From the NCBI RefSeq assembly GCF_041956535.1, contig NW_027192205.1, positions 679,792-743,791 on the forward strand: DNA of 64,000 nucleotides, written 5' to 3'. Each line of letters opens with the position of its first letter. The first letter of the stretch is position 1. Below are positions 59,773 through 64,000 of this stretch, in pieces. Both the position numbers and the translations under genes were made by a program. Source of the stretch: Calcarisporiella thermophila CBS 279.70 (Eukaryota > Fungi > Calcarisporiellomycota). The notes under the pieces are model-generated. The model had not been told where the DNA came from and ran no database searches. It saw only the letters and a list, made by a program, of their open reading frames with translations.

Positions 59773-60534
59773 TTATTGGTTCATTTGTAAAAAAGAAATA
59801 TTCAGTCCGCATACGTGGAATTTTGCCTGACCAACTTTCTGACTCCAGAGTTCTACGCTGTAGGGACCTTCACCGTTATCAATCAGAAAATTGTACATCT
59901 CTTCTTGATCTTTGGTGGGATGAACAAGATGCAAAGTCACTCCATTCTTCAAGTGAAATCTCGCTTCATTTTCGCTTTTCATAAATGGTCGTACTCCAAC
60001 CAACGTTTCAAATCGTTGGGTGCTTTCTTTTAAATTCACAACGACGACTGTCTGACTTGCAAGCCCACATGCCTGATTTTTATGCACGCTACCTTTTCCG
60101 ACTCTCCATTCACGAGGTGTGATATCTGCACAAAGGAACGGGATATCATGCCTTGAAGGCCATCCAAGCTTCCACCTGATTTTCTTTCCATCGGGTGTAA
60201 TTCGACCTCCTTCAATCGGTCCTACGTACTCGACATTCTTTTCTCCCATCTCCAAAATGGTCTTGCTGACATCTTCATCAGGGTAGAAGGCGTAGTCAAC
60301 CGGGCCTTCCTCTTTGTAAAACCAAGAAAACAGAGAATGATCACTAGAAGGCTGTTTCAAAAATTCAATTAGCTCAATGTACCATCCATCACTAAAAGTG
60401 ATTAAGCAATTCTTGGAGAGGTTGTCTGTATGCTTGCCCCCATCAATGACACAAAACCCAAGTTGGGAAAACTTGCTTTTGGCGGAGTTAAGTTCATTCA
60501 CTCGAACCACAAGATGATCAGCATGTAAAACCAT
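59773..60534 (-). CDS. Glyoxalase-like (VOC, Glyoxalase_3-type) protein, intronless
   Basis: DHLVVRV, GGKH, NCLITFSDGWYIELI, GGRITPDGKKIRW, PFLCADITPREWRV, HKNQACG. Confidence 0.85.
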   Translation of the reverse strand: MVLHADHLVVRVNELNSAKSKFSQLGFCVIDGGKHTDNLSKNCLITFSDGWYIELIEFLKQPSSDHSLFSWFYKEEGPVDYAFYPDEDVSKTILEMGEKNVEYVGPIEGGRITPDGKKIRWKLGWPSRHDIPFLCADITPREWRVGKGSVHKNQACGLASQTVVVVNLKESTQRFETLVGVRPFMKSENEARFHLKNGVTLHLVHPTKDQEEMYNFLIDNGEGPYSVELWSQKVGQAKFHVCGLNISFLQMNQ

Positions 60535-60889
60535 CGCGTAAAATTCACGAGTTGAAGCTAATTATTTTGCCGTTAATAGCTTTAATGCATCCGGCAAAGA
60601 GGTGAAAAATAAACGCTTTAGATAAGGTTTGTGATAATATATTGAGGAAGATGTATTCGTTGTGAGAGGTGTAGATAGTTAGATAATCGCAATCTGCTCA
60701 GAATTATTGCGAGAAGGGTAAAATATAGGGTATATCGATGTAATAGAAGTTGAGCGCGGAGCTTGAAATCAAAAACTATTTCCCTAAGTCAAATTTTCAA
60801 ACTCCGAAACCCCCATAAAATCCATGTTTTATATTTATAAAAATATTTCAATATACTTTATGATCTCTCTTTGCTTTTATCACTGCCTC

Positions 60890-61849
60890 TTTACGCTATG
60901 GCATAGTCCCTATAATTTTAGTCCACTCTTCTGGTTCTGGCTTCTCCCACTCTTCCTGCAGTATATCCCAAAGTGACTGGGCATTAGTCGGCTGCTGCTA
61001 GCGATCTTGGATTTTTCTGTGTAACTTATCCCACATGAACTCAATAGGAATTATATCAGGAGACCGAGCTGACTATAATAATACGATAATATCGTGGCTT
61101 GCTAGCCATTTCACTGTATTAAGCGCGATATGCTTAGAAACATTATCACGCTGGAAAATTATTTGATCCTTGTCTAGGTTATACCTATCGAGTATTCTCA
61201 TTAATTATTCTCCTAAAATATTCTTCTACAGTTGTAGGTCCAGTCCCTTATCGATTTGGCACATAAAGCCAACTCCTTTGGAAATGAGGTCTGTCCTCAC
61301 GGTAACCGACCCATTGCTGTGCTTGGCTGCATTTTTGAAATGACGATCGCGCCTAAGATAACCCGGGGGAATTCCAATAATAGCTTCTTCTACCTCTGCT
61401 GAAGATTCTAAAATATACTTTCATCTCACCATATGTTACATTTTCAATCATCGGTCGGTTGATGTGTACAGTAGCTAGTCGAACTTCCTATGGCTAACTT
61501 TTAAACACGGCTTTTTTCTCTACAATCTCGAGCACATTCGGTTTCGCTTCAGTGTGTTCCTTTCAGGTGTTAATGACAAATCGATGTTGTAATCTTAAGA
61601 TGTTTTTTTGCGTCAGGTATATCCTCATATTCCAGCCTTGAAATTTCGTACGAGGCCTTTCTCTTGTCTCTCAGTAAAAACACGTGGACTACCGGAAGCT
61701 GATTTAGAAGGTTCTTGAGCGCGTATTCTACGATATTTATTGACGGTATGATAGCTTATCCCGAGCTGATACAAGATTTCTCTGCTAGATAGACTCTCAT
61801 TACAAAATGAGATTATATTCGATTTGACTGTTTCCGAGATTTGTTTCAT
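60890..61849 (-). mobile_element. Tc1/mariner transposase pseudogene
   Basis: N-terminal HTH (SSREILYQLGISYHTV, GSPRVFT); decayed DDE motifs IFQRDNVSKH and PDIIPIEFMWDKL; many stops and frameshifts. Confidence 0.85.
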
Positions 61850-63195
61850 TGGAGTATGCCTAGCAAGTTACCGTATTCTTGAGAAGATAAAAATGTAAGC
61901 AGTTCATAATGACAATTAGAATAGCTAAAGATTGTTTATTTTTCATGATAATGAGTAATAAAATTTTTATAGCGGCTTGGCGCAAAAATTGTGAGAATGA
62001 TGGGTCCATAATTCAGATTCACAACACTTGTATAAGGGAATTGGGTAAGTGGAAGTTAAATAGTAATAGGGTAGGCAAAATTGAAGTGATGGTGGTCAAG
62101 ATTCTAATGACAGCTTCACCAGAAACGATCTCTAGGGTAATGGATCAGTTTGTAAGATGTTGCCTCAAGAGTTACGATCCAACTTGTAACTGCTGATTGA
62201 AAAAATCTTTCCAAAAATAATCGACCCCTGAAATACCCATCGGCATTCGTTTTTCCTCCAGAACCTATTGTAGAATTATTTCGTCAACACTTTCATCAAC
62301 AGTAATTTACCAAAAAGGTTAGGAGTAATAAGAGAAGGAGGCAACAATTTGAATTTTACTTTGGCGATCCAAGAAGATTATTTCAGAAAGGAATCCAATG
62401 TCTGAATCTTGATTATCATGTGTAGTACTATGGTACATACGAACTCTAACATAACAATCAATTCATCAGACCATTGTGGAATCATTTTCAGCACATTGAG
62501 GAGGTTCCAACATCTAGTATCTCTAACTTATGAAGATTAAGTGGTAGACTAGAGACCCACGTTTGTTTTGTTTGTGAATGCCATAGCATCAAACAGATAA
62601 ACACAAACGATAGTTGAATCCGGAGCCAGTAAAAAAGAGAAAAGTATTATTAATATACTCTTCATCAGTTTCATATTTTGCCTGCGAAAGTTTTACCATT
62701 AGAAAGCACAAAGGAGAGAATACTAGATTTTCGATTTTTTCAAGTGTATTAAGATTCTTAGTGGTGGATAGCTTTTTTACCTAATCGATCTATCCGAGGT
62801 TAAGACTTTGTTTATTTTTCCATGCAAATGTTTAACCAAGTAAACGGATATAAGCATTACTGTATCAGCAGAGGAGTAACTCTGACGCCAATAAATTTCA
62901 TACAAAACACTCTAACATTATATTTACAAATATTTAAAATACTATACTTTGGTATTATTCCTGTAAATAATGTAATAGCAATTTTCATATTTTATAATAG
63001 AGACAGTATTGGTTAAATCATTGACACCACATTAAAGCCTACTTCAACACAACTATACCTTCATAATTAATTATAATCTACATAGCAACATTAACTATAA
63101 AATCTCACTCATACCGTTATTATTTAATATACAGCAATATATTTATTAATAGGCTTTTTTTTAAAAAAAAATAATTACTCATAGAATCCTTAGTT

Positions 63196-63480
63196 TCATT
63201 CAAAACACTTGGAATCGAAGCGGAAGGTTGAATCGATATAATCTTTATCTGACACATCGATAACGAGATCCTTAATTAGACCAGTAGGCAAGTCGTAGAC
63301 CCAGCCATGAAGGGTCACCATATGAATGGAAACCCATGCATTCTGAATGACGGTAGTGTGGCAGAGATTGAAATCGTATTTTTTCACATTACATTCTTTC
63401 AGCTTAGCCAGTCGCTGTCATGATGTTAATTTGTTGGAGAACGACCAGGCGTGACTGGTAGTCCGAATATATTCCAGATA
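63196..63480 (-). pseudogene. C-terminal fragment of a beta-carbonic anhydrase
   Basis: ECNVKK..NLCHTTVIQNAW..TLHGWVYDLPTGLIKDL; no N-terminal Zn-ligand exons recognised nearby. Confidence 0.65.
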
Positions 63481-64000
63481 ATATTTGTGTTACGTCAGTT
63501 AATAGCACACTTGTACGAGCACGCGCCTTACATGTACGAGCATGCGTCTCACCATCTTTACTTCTTTTATCTCCTACCCTATCCCATCAGATATATATAT
63601 AGTATGTGCTTTCTCTCTTTTTAATTCTAAAGTGGTGTGTGTTATTTGTGTTATCCCTTCTATCTGTCTTCTTTCCTTTTATTAATATACTCTTAATCAG
63701 TTTCAACATAATTTTACCATTATGACGCTATTAAGATCTAAGCCATAAATGGCCTAAGGTCGTGTGTCAGGATTTTTTTTAGAACACAAATTTTAACTTG
63801 TTTGTTGTAAGGGTTAAATCCTGTTTATTGTTTTTCTCGTTATTCTTTAGTCTGCTATTTACTTTCTGGTCTTTACTACTTTTTCTTTGTGCTTTTATTA
63901 TATTTTATTATATTATTATAGAAGAGTCCAAAAGTAGAAATACTTTTGTAACAGCTTGGTAGCGACGAAGAAGAAACAAACAACTGTAGTTTCCCAGTCC

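Noticed and set aside
61900-62600. Possible decayed retroelement sequence next to the Tc1 relic
   Set aside because: No diagnostic RT, integrase or endonuclease motif could be read

Overview
Eukaryotic genomic DNA with GT-AG introns, most likely from an early-diverging fungus (Mucoromycota/Zoopagomycota-like velvet, homeodomain and Sfp1 proteins). The window has two parts. About 1-26.4 kb is a dense block of mostly conserved genes: velvet factor, glycine-cleavage H protein, Naa50, KpsF/GutQ-like isomerase, homeodomain TF, Sfp1, tRNA-Thr(AGT), a UBZ zinc-finger protein, Mrm1, FAD synthase, Yip1 and NADPH-P450 reductase. About 27-64 kb is an AT-rich accessory region. It holds mostly intronless secreted or chemistry-related genes (GH25 lysozyme, three Cys-rich secreted peptides, BAHD acyltransferase, prokaryote-like MFS, BBE-like FAD oxidase, M20 amidohydrolase, glyoxalase-like protein), an intact REase+kinase (Crinkler/Spok-like) gene inside a decayed tandem duplication, a GC-rich orphan 743-aa ORF, and MULE and Tc1 relics. 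The most notable signals are (i) a stack of poly(A)-tailed, LINE-like inserts separated by copies of one short motif just upstream of the tRNA gene, (ii) the duplicated 'unknown gene + REase-kinase' module and (iii) a putative antibacterial/defence island. All family assignments come from motif recognition by eye; no searches were run.
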